From Candidatus Woesearchaeota archaeon CG11_big_fil_rev_8_21_14_0_20_43_8 (GTDB lineage: Archaea > Nanobdellota > Nanobdellia > Woesearchaeales > CG08-08-20-14), in the NCBI GenBank assembly GCA_002762705.1, contig PCVE01000124.1, positions 1 through 38,443 on the forward strand: 38,443 nt of DNA. Direction: 5' to 3'. Positions within the stretch are counted from its first letter, which is position 1. Each line of letters begins with the position of its first letter. A program made the position numbers and the translations under genes. The notes beneath the pieces are model-generated. The model worked only from the letters and a program-made list of their open reading frames with translations. It was not told the DNA's origin and made no database searches. Shown here one piece after another: positions 15,975-24,937 of this stretch.

Positions 15975-17063
15975 ATGAAAAAAATAAAGATTTCAAAAAC
16001 AAAACACAGTTCATGGAAATGCGGGAAGCTTGCAAAAGGTTGCCGACTATGCGTGAAGGGACAAAAACTTGTGCTTTATGTCACAGGCATATGTGGGAAG
16101 AATTGTTATTTCTGCCCTCTTAGCGAGAAAAGAAAAAACAAAGATCTCACGTGGGCAAATGAGATGCTTGTGAAGAAAAAATCCGACGCCATCACAGAAG
16201 CGAGACTATGCGATGCCAAAGGCGCAGGTATAACCGGAGGAGATCCATTGCTTCGCCTGAAGAGGACTGTCAGCTACATAAAGACATTGAAAAAAACATT
16301 TGGAGATGATTTTCATATACATCTATACACACCATTAGAAAATGTCACTGAAAAAAATCTGAAGATACTTCATAAAGCTGGATTAGACGAGATAAGATTC
16401 CATCCTGAATTAAGAGACCAAAGGCTCTGGGACAAGATAAAGATCGCAGGAAAATTATCCTGGGATGTCGGTGTCGAGATCCCAGTTATCCCTGGTGATG
16501 AGAAAGAGATCAAGAATCTGATAAAGACTATATCGACTGAGATAGATTTCATAAATCTAAATGAGCTCGAGATCTCTGATACTAATCGGGATGCGTTCAG
16601 GAAAAAAGGATTCATCCAGAAAAACAAAGTATCATATGGTGTGAAAGGGAGCGAACAGCTCGCGAAGAGAATCCTGCGCTATTGTTCACAGATAGGTCTT
16701 TCTGCGCATTATTGCACAACGACATTGAAAGATAAGGAACAGCTTGGAAGCAGGCTGAAACGACGTGCCAAATCAATCGCATGTGGATATGATATCATCA
16801 CTGATGAAGGCCTTTTGTATCGAGGCGCGATCGAATCATCATCTGATGATCTTATTTCGCTGAGAAAAAGGCTCATGAGAAGATATGACATCCCAAAATA
16901 TCTTATCGGGACAGACAGAGAACAACGACGTCTGCTGATCGCTTCATGGATACTGATCGAGATCGCAGACGATGTACATTCTAAATACCATGAATTGATC
17001 TTATCACTTGTTGAAGAATACCCGACATGCGACCTTCTGAAGACTGATGTGCGATACATCTGA
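15975..17063 (+). CDS. radical SAM protein (COG2108-like, related to pyruvate formate-lyase activating enzymes)
   Basis: CGKNCYFC is a CxxxCxxC cluster motif near the N-terminus, and GITGGDPLL is a glycine-rich SAM motif. The track start at 15972 is TTG; the ATG is at 15975. Confidence 0.8.
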   Translation: MKKIKISKTKHSSWKCGKLAKGCRLCVKGQKLVLYVTGICGKNCYFCPLSEKRKNKDLTWANEMLVKKKSDAITEARLCDAKGAGITGGDPLLRLKRTVSYIKTLKKTFGDDFHIHLYTPLENVTEKNLKILHKAGLDEIRFHPELRDQRLWDKIKIAGKLSWDVGVEIPVIPGDEKEIKNLIKTISTEIDFINLNELEISDTNRDAFRKKGFIQKNKVSYGVKGSEQLAKRILRYCSQIGLSAHYCTTTLKDKEQLGSRLKRRAKSIACGYDIITDEGLLYRGAIESSSDDLISLRKRLMRRYDIPKYLIGTDREQRRLLIASWILIEIADDVHSKYHELILSLVEEYPTCDLLKTDVRYI

Positions 17064-17072
17064 TGTATCAAT

Positions 17073-17186
17073 GGAGGTAGAAAGAAGAAGGCGTGTTAGA
17101 ACTAAAATTGTTGGGGGATTTTAGATCTGACTGATCAACATACGTGGTATGAAACCACCTATTGCCTTCTTCTTCCCGACCCCTCC
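17073..17186. other. 114-nt compound inverted-repeat (stem-loop) element between convergent gene ends
   Basis: GGAGG (17073-77) pairs with CCTCC (17182-86). AAGAAGAAGGC (17082-92) pairs perfectly with GCCTTCTTCTT (17164-74), giving 11 bp. An inner hairpin is formed by CTAAAAT (17102-08) and ATTTTAG (17118-24). Confidence 0.55.
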
Positions 17187-17210
17187 TGAAAGATTTATTT
17201 TTTATGAACA

Positions 17211-17357
17211 TCATTTCTTCCTTGGTAGAATAACTATCACATTTTGTCCAAGCCATCTTCTTGGTACCCATACAGCACCGCCATTTCCAGAAGCTTTCAC
17301 ATCTTTTCTGATTATCTCTTTTACTTCAAGTTCTTTCAATATTGTCTTGGAGCCCAT
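17211..17357 (-). CDS. small (48 aa) AbrB/SpoVT-like or DUF2080-like beta-barrel protein
   Basis: MGSKTILKELEVKEIIRKDVKASGNGGAVWVPRRWLGQNVIVILPRKK. The G-x-G-x-V-x-VP-x-x-W-x-G-x-x-V pattern resembles swapped-hairpin AbrB-type and DUF2080 proteins. A TATA-like gttttaaatac lies ~65 nt upstream. Confidence 0.4.
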   Translation of the reverse strand: MGSKTILKELEVKEIIRKDVKASGNGGAVWVPRRWLGQNVIVILPRKK

Positions 17358-17387
17358 TTTTATAAGTGATATTCTTTCCGACGAGTT

Positions 17388-17406
17388 GTCTATACATTGT
17401 ATAGAC
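17388..17406. promoter_or_regulatory. 19-bp perfect palindrome, candidate operator
   Basis: GTCTATACA-T-TGTATAGAC has 9-bp arms. It sits in the divergent region between the small AbrB-like ORF and glyA. Confidence 0.45.
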
Positions 17407-17488
17407 ATAACTTGTATTTAAAACTTTCCTATTCTACCAGCACAATATTTATAAGCCAGAGAATCCAATGAAAATCAAAGAGGTGCAA

Positions 17489-18736
17489 ATGATGTCCCTT
17501 GGAAAAACAGATGAAGAGATCGCATGTGCAATCAATGATGAAATCGCACGCCAGAATAATCAGATAGAACTAATTGCATCTGAGAACTTTGTCTCAAAGG
17601 CAGTGCTTGAGGCCCAAGGATCTGTGATGACGAACAAATATGCAGAAGGATATCCCAATAAGAGATATTATGGTGGCTGCAAGTATGTTGATATCGCAGA
17701 GAATCTTGCACGTGACAGGGCAAAGAAACTTTTCTCATGCGATCATGTCAATGTCCAGCCACATTCAGGAAGCCAAGCGAATATGGGGGTATATTTCTCT
17801 ACTTTGAAACCGGGTGACACAATCCTCGGTCTGAGCCTCACCTGCGGCGGACATCTCACACACGGACATCCTGTCAATTTCTCCGGGAGATTCTTCAATG
17901 TCGTACAATACGGAGTCAACAAAGAGACAGAGATGATAGACTTCGATGAGGTCAGGAAACTTGCCCTTGAACACAAACCAAAGCTGATCATAACGGGAGC
18001 TTCTGCTTATCCAAGGACGATCGACTTCAAGCAGTTCAGAGAGATCTGTGATGAAATCGGCGCAAAATTGATGGTAGATATCGCACATATCGCGGGACTT
18101 GTTGCGACTGGATTACATCCAAGCCCCATCCCATTCTCTGAATATGTGACGACTACGACACATAAGACATTGCGTGGTCCAAGAGGCGGGATGATATTAT
18201 GCAAAGAAGAATTCGCAAAGGACATAGATAAGACGATCTTTCCCGGTATCCAGGGTGGGCCACTCATGCATGTGATCGCCGCGAAAGCTGTCGCTTTTGG
18301 CGAAGCGTTGAGACCGAAGTTCAAAGAATATCAAAGACAGATAATCAAAAATGCCGCAGCACTTGCTGATGGTCTCATGGATCAAGGATTCAGACTGGTA
18401 AGCGGAGGTACGGACAACCATCTGATGCTCGTGGATCTTAGGAACAAGAACATCACTGGAAAAGAAGCAGAGGCCTCGCTTGAAGAAGTCAATATAACCG
18501 TTAACAAAAACACCATCCCATTCGATCCAGCGAGCCCGTTTATCACAAGCGGCATCAGGATCGGAACCCCTGCCATGACCACAAGAGGCTTTTTGGAAGA
18601 TGAGATGAGACAGATCGCTATCTGGATATCAAAGGTTATCGAAAGACCAAAAGATGATGCCTTGAAACAGAAAGTGAAAGAAGAGATCATGGATCTCTGC
18701 CAGAGATTCCCATTGTATCAGGATATCAGGCATTAA
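17489..18736 (+). CDS. glyA: serine hydroxymethyltransferase
   Basis: LIASENF, YAEGYP..RYYGG, the PLP-lysine context [14 protein letters not shown] and GIQGGPL are present. The ATG at 17489 is preceded by GAGGTG; the track start at 17468 is 7 codons upstream. Confidence 0.95.
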   Translation: MMSLGKTDEEIACAINDEIARQNNQIELIASENFVSKAVLEAQGSVMTNKYAEGYPNKRYYGGCKYVDIAENLARDRAKKLFSCDHVNVQPHSGSQANMGVYFSTLKPGDTILGLSLTCGGHLTHGHPVNFSGRFFNVVQYGVNKETEMIDFDEVRKLALEHKPKLIITGASAYPRTIDFKQFREICDEIGAKLMVDIAHIAGLVATGLHPSPIPFSEYVTTTTHKTLRGPRGGMILCKEEFAKDIDKTIFPGIQGGPLMHVIAAKAVAFGEALRPKFKEYQRQIIKNAAALADGLMDQGFRLVSGGTDNHLMLVDLRNKNITGKEAEASLEEVNITVNKNTIPFDPASPFITSGIRIGTPAMTTRGFLEDEMRQIAIWISKVIERPKDDALKQKVKEEIMDLCQRFPLYQDIRH

Positions 18737-18746
18737 GGTGAGATCT

Positions 18747-19487
18747 ATGTTAAGAAATATGTCAAAAAAGATTCCTGGAAGGATCAGAAAAGAAGACATC
18801 GCTGGCATGATAGACCATACTATTCTTGGACCGACTGCCACAAAGGCAAACATAAAGAAGATCTGTGAAGAAGCTAAAAGATTCAATTTCTGTTCAGTCT
18901 GCGTGAACCCAGCCCATGTAAAATTTGTCAAGAATGAACTTGCAGGCACGAATATAAAAGTGTGCACTGTTATCGGCTTCCCCCTTGGCGCAACCACTCC
19001 TAAAGAAAAAGCAGAAGATACAAAACTAGCCATACAAGATGGCGCTGATGAAATAGACATGGTCATGAATATAGGAGCTATGATAGAAGGAGACTATGAT
19101 ACAATCAGAAAAGAGGTCTCAGCAGTGGTCAAAGCGGGGCACGGAAGGATCGTGAAAGTCATACTTGAGACCGCGTACTTGAATGATGGACAGAAAAGGG
19201 TCGCGTGCAGGATCGCAAAAGAATGCAAAGCATCATTTGTCAAGACATCTACTGGATTTGGTCCGCATGGGGCGACTGTCCATGACATAAAGCTTATGCG
19301 GGACATTGTCGGAATGAAATTAGGAGTCAAGGCATCTGGAGGGATACACACCTTAAAAAATGCGCGGAAGATGATACGAGCTGGCGCAGACAGGATCGGT
19401 GCGAGCTCTCTTGTCAAAGAGTTCTATGGTATTTCTATACAAGATCAGACCTTACAGAAAAATATACTCAAACGTAAAGTATATTAA
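18747..19487 (+). CDS. deoC: deoxyribose-phosphate aldolase
   Basis: IDHTILGPTAT, CVNP, VIGFPLG, VKVILET and the Schiff-base lysine context FVKTSTGF are present. The ATG at 18747 is preceded by AAGGTGA, which overlaps the glyA stop, so an operon is likely. Confidence 0.9.
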   Translation: MLRNMSKKIPGRIRKEDIAGMIDHTILGPTATKANIKKICEEAKRFNFCSVCVNPAHVKFVKNELAGTNIKVCTVIGFPLGATTPKEKAEDTKLAIQDGADEIDMVMNIGAMIEGDYDTIRKEVSAVVKAGHGRIVKVILETAYLNDGQKRVACRIAKECKASFVKTSTGFGPHGATVHDIKLMRDIVGMKLGVKASGGIHTLKNARKMIRAGADRIGASSLVKEFYGISIQDQTLQKNILKRKVY

Positions 19488-19528
19488 TCCTGCACAACAG
19501 CCATATATCCACAGAGAGAGGTTGTGCT

Positions 19529-20185
19529 ATGCCAAAAAAAGATGAGAATATTTTAGTGATATGTGCGCATTCTGATGATCAGATATTCGGAGTAGGCGGA
19601 ACAATCGCAAGATATTCTGATGAGGGCAAAAATGTGAACACAGTCATCTTTTCATATGGAGAGAGCACACACCCTTGGCTGAAACGAAAAGTGAGTGTCG
19701 AGATGAGAGTGAAAGAATCCATCGAAGCCGACAAAGTCGTCGGAGGACATGGAGTGATATTCTTCGGATTGAAAGAAGGAAGATTCAAAGAAGAAGGAAA
19801 GAAAAAAAGGATCAAAGAGAAGCTCATCCGATTGATAGATGAAAAAAAGCCGACAAAGATATTCACTCATAGTGAGACCGACCCGCACCCAGATCACAAA
19901 GCGGTCTATGCGACCGTCCTATCAGCTGTGAAAAAAACAAATAAGGTCCCGGACATATATACATTCGAGGTATGGACTCCTGTCAAGATCAAAAACAGAA
20001 AAAGGCCGAAATTAGTGGTCGATATCACAAAGACATTCAGGATAAAGCTTGCCGCATTGAGATGTTTCAGAAGCCAGTGGCTGACTATGTTCACATTGCT
20101 CTGGTCTGTATATGTTAGAGCATTGAAAGAAGGCATAATGAATGGACATCTGCTCGCAGAGACATTCCATAAGGTGAAGACTTGA
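19529..20185 (+). CDS. PIG-L / LmbE-family N-acetylglucosaminyl deacetylase
   Basis: ILVICAHSDDQIFGVGGTIARY (AHxDD motif) and HSETDPHPDHKAV (HPDH zinc motif) are present. Confidence 0.85.
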   Translation: MPKKDENILVICAHSDDQIFGVGGTIARYSDEGKNVNTVIFSYGESTHPWLKRKVSVEMRVKESIEADKVVGGHGVIFFGLKEGRFKEEGKKKRIKEKLIRLIDEKKPTKIFTHSETDPHPDHKAVYATVLSAVKKTNKVPDIYTFEVWTPVKIKNRKRPKLVVDITKTFRIKLAALRCFRSQWLTMFTLLWSVYVRALKEGIMNGHLLAETFHKVKT

Positions 20186-21351
20186 TGGCGACCGAAGAGA
20201 GATTGAAATTGCTGATAGCGACTGATTGCTTTCCACCAAGGAAAGATGGCATCGCAAGGTTCCTTGAAGAAATACTTCCATTTATGAAGAAAGATTTCGA
20301 TATCACTGTGATCGCGCCGGAATACGTAGGGACTATGAAAAGAGATTTTTCAAAAGAACTTGATCTCATAAGATTTCCACTGAGTGATAAAAAATATGGA
20401 GACTATCAGCCGGCAAAGACAGATTATTCAAGGATCAAGGATGCAGTCTCGAAGACAGACATAATATGGTCCCAGACACTTGGCCCAATCGGAGCACGTA
20501 CTATCTGGGCCGCTGGCCATTACAGAAAACCAGTCGTCGCTTACATACATTCTATGGAGAATGAGCTTGTGACACGAAGCGTCGCTTTGCGTGGCATTGT
20601 CAGTAATATGATCGATAGGATCGCAAAAAGCTTCATGCGTTTCTTTTATAATCGATGTTATCTTCTCATGGTGCCGTTCAAAGACGCATCAGACAAACTT
20701 GATGGTTTAGGTATCAAGACCGACAAAGCGATTGTCCATATGGCTGTGAATGAGGATCAATTCAAGCCAAGCGATGACAAAGACACATCAAAAGCAAAGA
20801 TAGGCATACCAAAGAACAGATTTGTCATCGGTTATGTCGGCAGGATCGCGAAAGAGAAGGATCTTGAGACCCTTTACCGAGCTTTCACACATATCAAAGA
20901 GAGACGAAAAGATCTTTTCCTGCTCATCGTAGGTGATGGACCTGCTGAGCAGAAGATGATGTTCAAAGGAGATGATGTCAGGATAACAGGATCTATCGAT
21001 AATGTCATACCCTGCTTGCAGGCGATGGATGTATTTGTGCTGCCATCCCTGACTGAGACTAGTTCGTTGTCTACCATGGAAGCCATGTCAACAAGCATCC
21101 CGGTGATTGTCACACCTGTCGGATTCATGAAGACGTATGTCGAGAATGGATATAATGGATTTATCATACCAAAGAGAGGGATTGAAGATCTTGCGAACAA
21201 GATAGAAGAGCTCATGGACGACAGCGTACTTAGGACGCGCATAGGGAAGAACGCAAGGAAGACAATCAACAAGACATATGTTTGGAATAAGACTTCAAAA
21301 GAGATAATCCGACTGCTAAAAAAGATACGACGGGAGACTTCCGAGAATTAG
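20185..21351 (+). CDS. GT4-family (GT-B) glycosyltransferase
   Basis: KLLIATDCFPPRKDGIARF at the N-terminus and GRIAKEKDL...IVGDGP...LPSLTETSSLSTMEAMSTSIPVIVT (EX7E region) are present. The ATG overlaps the PIG-L stop as TGATG. Confidence 0.85.
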   Translation: MATEERLKLLIATDCFPPRKDGIARFLEEILPFMKKDFDITVIAPEYVGTMKRDFSKELDLIRFPLSDKKYGDYQPAKTDYSRIKDAVSKTDIIWSQTLGPIGARTIWAAGHYRKPVVAYIHSMENELVTRSVALRGIVSNMIDRIAKSFMRFFYNRCYLLMVPFKDASDKLDGLGIKTDKAIVHMAVNEDQFKPSDDKDTSKAKIGIPKNRFVIGYVGRIAKEKDLETLYRAFTHIKERRKDLFLLIVGDGPAEQKMMFKGDDVRITGSIDNVIPCLQAMDVFVLPSLTETSSLSTMEAMSTSIPVIVTPVGFMKTYVENGYNGFIIPKRGIEDLANKIEELMDDSVLRTRIGKNARKTINKTYVWNKTSKEIIRLLKKIRRETSEN

Positions 21352-24300
21352 ATCTTAAGGCTGACCATATTAGTCATACCATGCTCATTCATGCTTGCAC
21401 CATATAAGGTATCAGCTTCAGATATAAGAGCATCATTGTGGGATATGACAATATATTGAGCCTGGTCACAGTATTTGGCAATCAATTTGGCGAGATGTTC
21501 TGAATTGTGTTTGTCAAGCGCAGCATCCACTTCATCCAGGATATAGAAGGATGCTGGTTCATGTTCTTGGATAGCGAATATCAACGCAAGAGCAGTAAGC
21601 GTCTTCTCGCCGCCAGAGAGACTGCGTATATCAAGGAACCTGGTACCTGTCAATCGCACTTTTATCATGACTCCACCATCAAGAGGCTCCTCTGGATTCT
21701 CAAGAACGAGCTGGACATCACCTTTCTTGTTCAGCTGACCGAATATCGCCTTGAAATTTTCATGGAGCACTTCAAAAGTCTTCATGAACAATTCTTTCTT
21801 CTTGGAATCGATCTCGTTCATCAATGCGATCACGTCTCCACGTTCGACGCTAAGCTTCTCTTTTTTCTCTATAAGTTCATTATATTCTTTCTCGACCGCA
21901 TCATATATCTCTATCGCCTTTAGATTTATGCTTCCAAGATCAGCGATCATCCGATCGAATTGGTTGATCTCTCGCTTAAGGCGCTCTTCTCCTTTCTCAA
22001 GATCAAGCTCGACACCTTCATATTCAGCAAATTCCCGGCTTAATGCAGTGAGTTCTGTCTCAAGCACGACTTTCTCAGAATTTATCTTACCGCTCTTGTG
22101 TTCAAGCGATCTCAGTTTCTCATATAATGAATCGATATTGTTCTGCAGATCATTTATCTCAGAATTTAGCTTATCCCTTCGCTTGTAATGTTCGCCGAAT
22201 TCTTTATAGAACTTCTTCTGTTTCTCAGTGGATTCTTCAAGCTCTGCCCCGAGCTCTTTCAATCTCGCGAGAAGCTGGTTTTTCTGGTTCTCGAATGTCT
22301 CTTTGTCTTTCTTGAGCTGCGAGACTATCTTTTCTACTTTCTCTTTCTCTGGCAGGAAGATGGTCTTCAATTCTGTTTCTATACGCTTGAAATCAGAATC
22401 AAGGATGACTATGCCCTCTTTTAGCTGTTGGCGCTTGTCTTCAAATGCGGTCAATTCAGCTAGTGTCTCTGGCTTCTTGAGTTTAGTTATCTTGAAACGG
22501 ATCTCTTCTCTCTTGCCTTTATTGGATGCCAAGAAACGGTTGCATTCTATTATATCATCATTCATCGCATCTATCTTCTTGTCAAGCTCTTTGGTCTTCT
22601 CAGAAAGATCCTTCTTCAACTTCTTTGACACATCAAGGTCATCAGAATCCAGATGCATGCTCTTCTCAAGCTTTATTATGTCTCCTTCCAGATTCGCTTT
22701 GAATTCTCTCAATCTTATGATCTCTTCTTCAGATTCCTGTTTTTGGTTCTCGAGTTTCGACAGCAACGCCGCCGAATCAGAAGCGATCAATTCATAGTGA
22801 TCGATCTCTTTCGCCACTTCTTTCTCGACAAAACTAAATGACCTAGTCTTGTTTCTGAAGCCACCTTTCATGGCTCCTGATTCCTCAGCGAGATCGCCAT
22901 CGAGAGTCACCATCTTAGCTTTTCCAATCCCAATCCTTCGTGCAGTGTCCATGCTGTCCACGACGACAGCCCCGCCAAAGACATATGAGAAAACCTTCTT
23001 GAATCTTGAATCATAGCTGACAAGATCGACAGCAAGACCATGAGCTCCTGAAGATTTCGCGGCAGAGAACACAGAAGTATTGACTATTCTCTCTTTGATC
23101 TTGTTCAGTGGAAGGAATGTCGCGACACCACATCTCTTCTGCTTAAGAAAAGTGATGCACTTCGCTGCGACAGAATCATCTTCGACCACAATCGAGCTTA
23201 TCCTGTTCCCGGCGGCGATCTCGAGCGCTAGGGAATATTTCGAAGAGACTTTCCCAAGCTCAGCGATAGTGCCATATATGCCTTTGATCGTGCCTTTCTG
23301 TTCGATGATGGCTTTGATAGCTTCACCGCCGGCCATCTTCTCGACAATGCTGCTGCTTTTCGCCCTAAGTTTAGATAGCTCTTCATTCGCATGAAGAACC
23401 TTCTCACGGGCATTCTTTATCTGTGCTGCGTTCGATGAATCATCATTGAGCAATTTGCTAAGCTCAAGGGTGGCTTTCTTGAATTCGACCTTCTTCTGCT
23501 TCAATGACTCGATCTGGCCTTTGTTCTCTTTCTCTAGCTCAAGGACTTTCGCAATCTTCTCATCGATGACTTCCAGCTGGACATCTATCTTGTCTTTCTC
23601 ACGCATCCATTCCTGCTGGCTCTCTCTTAGAACTTGTATCTCTTTCTGTTTCTCTTCAGCCTCTTTCTCAAGCTCAGAGATCTCCAGTGAGAGCCCGGAT
23701 TCCTGATCGAACCCATATTTCTGCTTGAATTTTTCAAGCCTAGATTCAAGCTCTCCGAATAATTTTCTTTTCTCATCGATGCTCTTCTGTATATTCTTCT
23801 TATCATTCTCTGCTGAGTCTGTCTTTTCATTCAGGCTTATCATATCTTCAGAAAGCTGTTTATCCCTTTCATCTATCCTTTTGATTTCAGAATCAGAATT
23901 CTCCACCTTCTGCTTTGAAGTGGCGATCTCGATATCGAGCTCACGGATACGATTCTGAAGCTCATTCTGCTCGTGCGTGCCTTTCTCTTCAAGCTCTTTG
24001 TTTATAGCATCTATCTGCGATTTTTTCTCATTGACAGATTTCTTGTTATCGCTTATCTTAGATTCAACCTCATCGAAACCCTTCTGTTCGATAGCCAGTT
24101 TCTCATTTATCTCATTTAATGAAGCCTGTTTTCGATCAGTCTGTATCTTCAGGTATGATGCCTTGTTGATCTTGATCTGGCTCTCGAGTTTCTTGTATCT
24201 CAATGCTTGATTCCTATCTTTCTTTAGCTCTTTTAGAGAAGTGTCACGTTCGACAAGTATTATATCTGCTTCAGAAAGTTTCTTTTCCACCTTATCAAGC

Positions 24301-24851
24301 TCAGATATGGCTTTCTGTTTCTTTTCTTCATAGACAGAGATTCCAGCGACCTCTTCGATTATCTTCCTTCTTTCATCAGCAGACATCTCTACGAACCGTA
24401 TGATATCCCCTTGCAGAATTATGTTATAACCGTCAGGATTGATATTCACTAAATTCAGCATCTCGACAATCTCCTGCCTGGTCTTCTTCTCATCGTTTAT
24501 CCGATAGATGCTCTGGCCATTCTGTCTCACAGTCCTTGTGATCTTGACCTCAGGAATATCAAAAGGGAATATCTTATCTGAATTATCGAAGAATACAGAG
24601 ACTTCCGCGAGTTTTGCAGGGGTCTTTGTCTTGCCGCCATTATAGATCAGATTCGCGCTTTTTTCAGCCCTTAGAGATTTGCTTGAACTTTTACCAAGGA
24701 CAAAACAGATTGCGTCACCGACATTTGATTTCCCTGACCCATTTGGACCCAGGATACAGTTGAATCTATTGCCAAATAACATATCTGTCTTCTTTGCAAA
24801 CGACTTGAAGCCTTGCAGCGTCAATCTGCTTATTCTTGTCAATTCGATCAA
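21348..24851 (-). CDS. smc: SMC chromosome segregation ATPase
   Basis: 1167 aa. Walker A is LGPNGSGKSN after LQGFKSF. Long E/K-rich coiled coils flank a hinge (GIYGTIAELG...). The C-terminus has LSGGEKTLTALALIFA and Walker B FYILDEVDAALD. The apparent start is TTG at 24851, with no nearby in-frame ATG. Confidence 0.95.
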   Translation of the reverse strand: MIELTRISRLTLQGFKSFAKKTDMLFGNRFNCILGPNGSGKSNVGDAICFVLGKSSSKSLRAEKSANLIYNGGKTKTPAKLAEVSVFFDNSDKIFPFDIPEVKITRTVRQNGQSIYRINDEKKTRQEIVEMLNLVNINPDGYNIILQGDIIRFVEMSADERRKIIEEVAGISVYEEKKQKAISELDKVEKKLSEADIILVERDTSLKELKKDRNQALRYKKLESQIKINKASYLKIQTDRKQASLNEINEKLAIEQKGFDEVESKISDNKKSVNEKKSQIDAINKELEEKGTHEQNELQNRIRELDIEIATSKQKVENSDSEIKRIDERDKQLSEDMISLNEKTDSAENDKKNIQKSIDEKRKLFGELESRLEKFKQKYGFDQESGLSLEISELEKEAEEKQKEIQVLRESQQEWMREKDKIDVQLEVIDEKIAKVLELEKENKGQIESLKQKKVEFKKATLELSKLLNDDSSNAAQIKNAREKVLHANEELSKLRAKSSSIVEKMAGGEAIKAIIEQKGTIKGIYGTIAELGKVSSKYSLALEIAAGNRISSIVVEDDSVAAKCITFLKQKRCGVATFLPLNKIKERIVNTSVFSAAKSSGAHGLAVDLVSYDSRFKKVFSYVFGGAVVVDSMDTARRIGIGKAKMVTLDGDLAEESGAMKGGFRNKTRSFSFVEKEVAKEIDHYELIASDSAALLSKLENQKQESEEEIIRLREFKANLEGDIIKLEKSMHLDSDDLDVSKKLKKDLSEKTKELDKKIDAMNDDIIECNRFLASNKGKREEIRFKITKLKKPETLAELTAFEDKRQQLKEGIVILDSDFKRIETELKTIFLPEKEKVEKIVSQLKKDKETFENQKNQLLARLKELGAELEESTEKQKKFYKEFGEHYKRRDKLNSEINDLQNNIDSLYEKLRSLEHKSGKINSEKVVLETELTALSREFAEYEGVELDLEKGEERLKREINQFDRMIADLGSINLKAIEIYDAVEKEYNELIEKKEKLSVERGDVIALMNEIDSKKKELFMKTFEVLHENFKAIFGQLNKKGDVQLVLENPEEPLDGGVMIKVRLTGTRFLDIRSLSGGEKTLTALALIFAIQEHEPASFYILDEVDAALDKHNSEHLAKLIAKYCDQAQYIVISHNDALISEADTLYGASMNEHGMTNMVSLKI

Positions 24852-24937
24852 GCCCTCATCCTATCCAAAACGAACAAAAACCACTATTTCTATATCTCCT
24901 GTATTTATTATATAAAGTTTACGGGGAAGAAAGACAA

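Noticed and set aside
17068-17271. A 67-aa minus-strand ORF, possibly a frameshifted continuation of the AbrB-like ORF.
   Set aside because: It has no recognisable motifs. It overlaps the long inverted-repeat element, which better explains the sequence, and it has no Shine-Dalgarno site.
21507-24403. A series of 60-190-aa plus-strand ORFs (for example 22228-22797 and 21751-22188) lying inside the SMC gene.
   Set aside because: They are antisense to the E/K-rich coiled-coil codons of SMC. Their S/F/L-rich low-complexity translations have no motifs. The SMC frame is continuous and carries all Walker, hinge and signature motifs.
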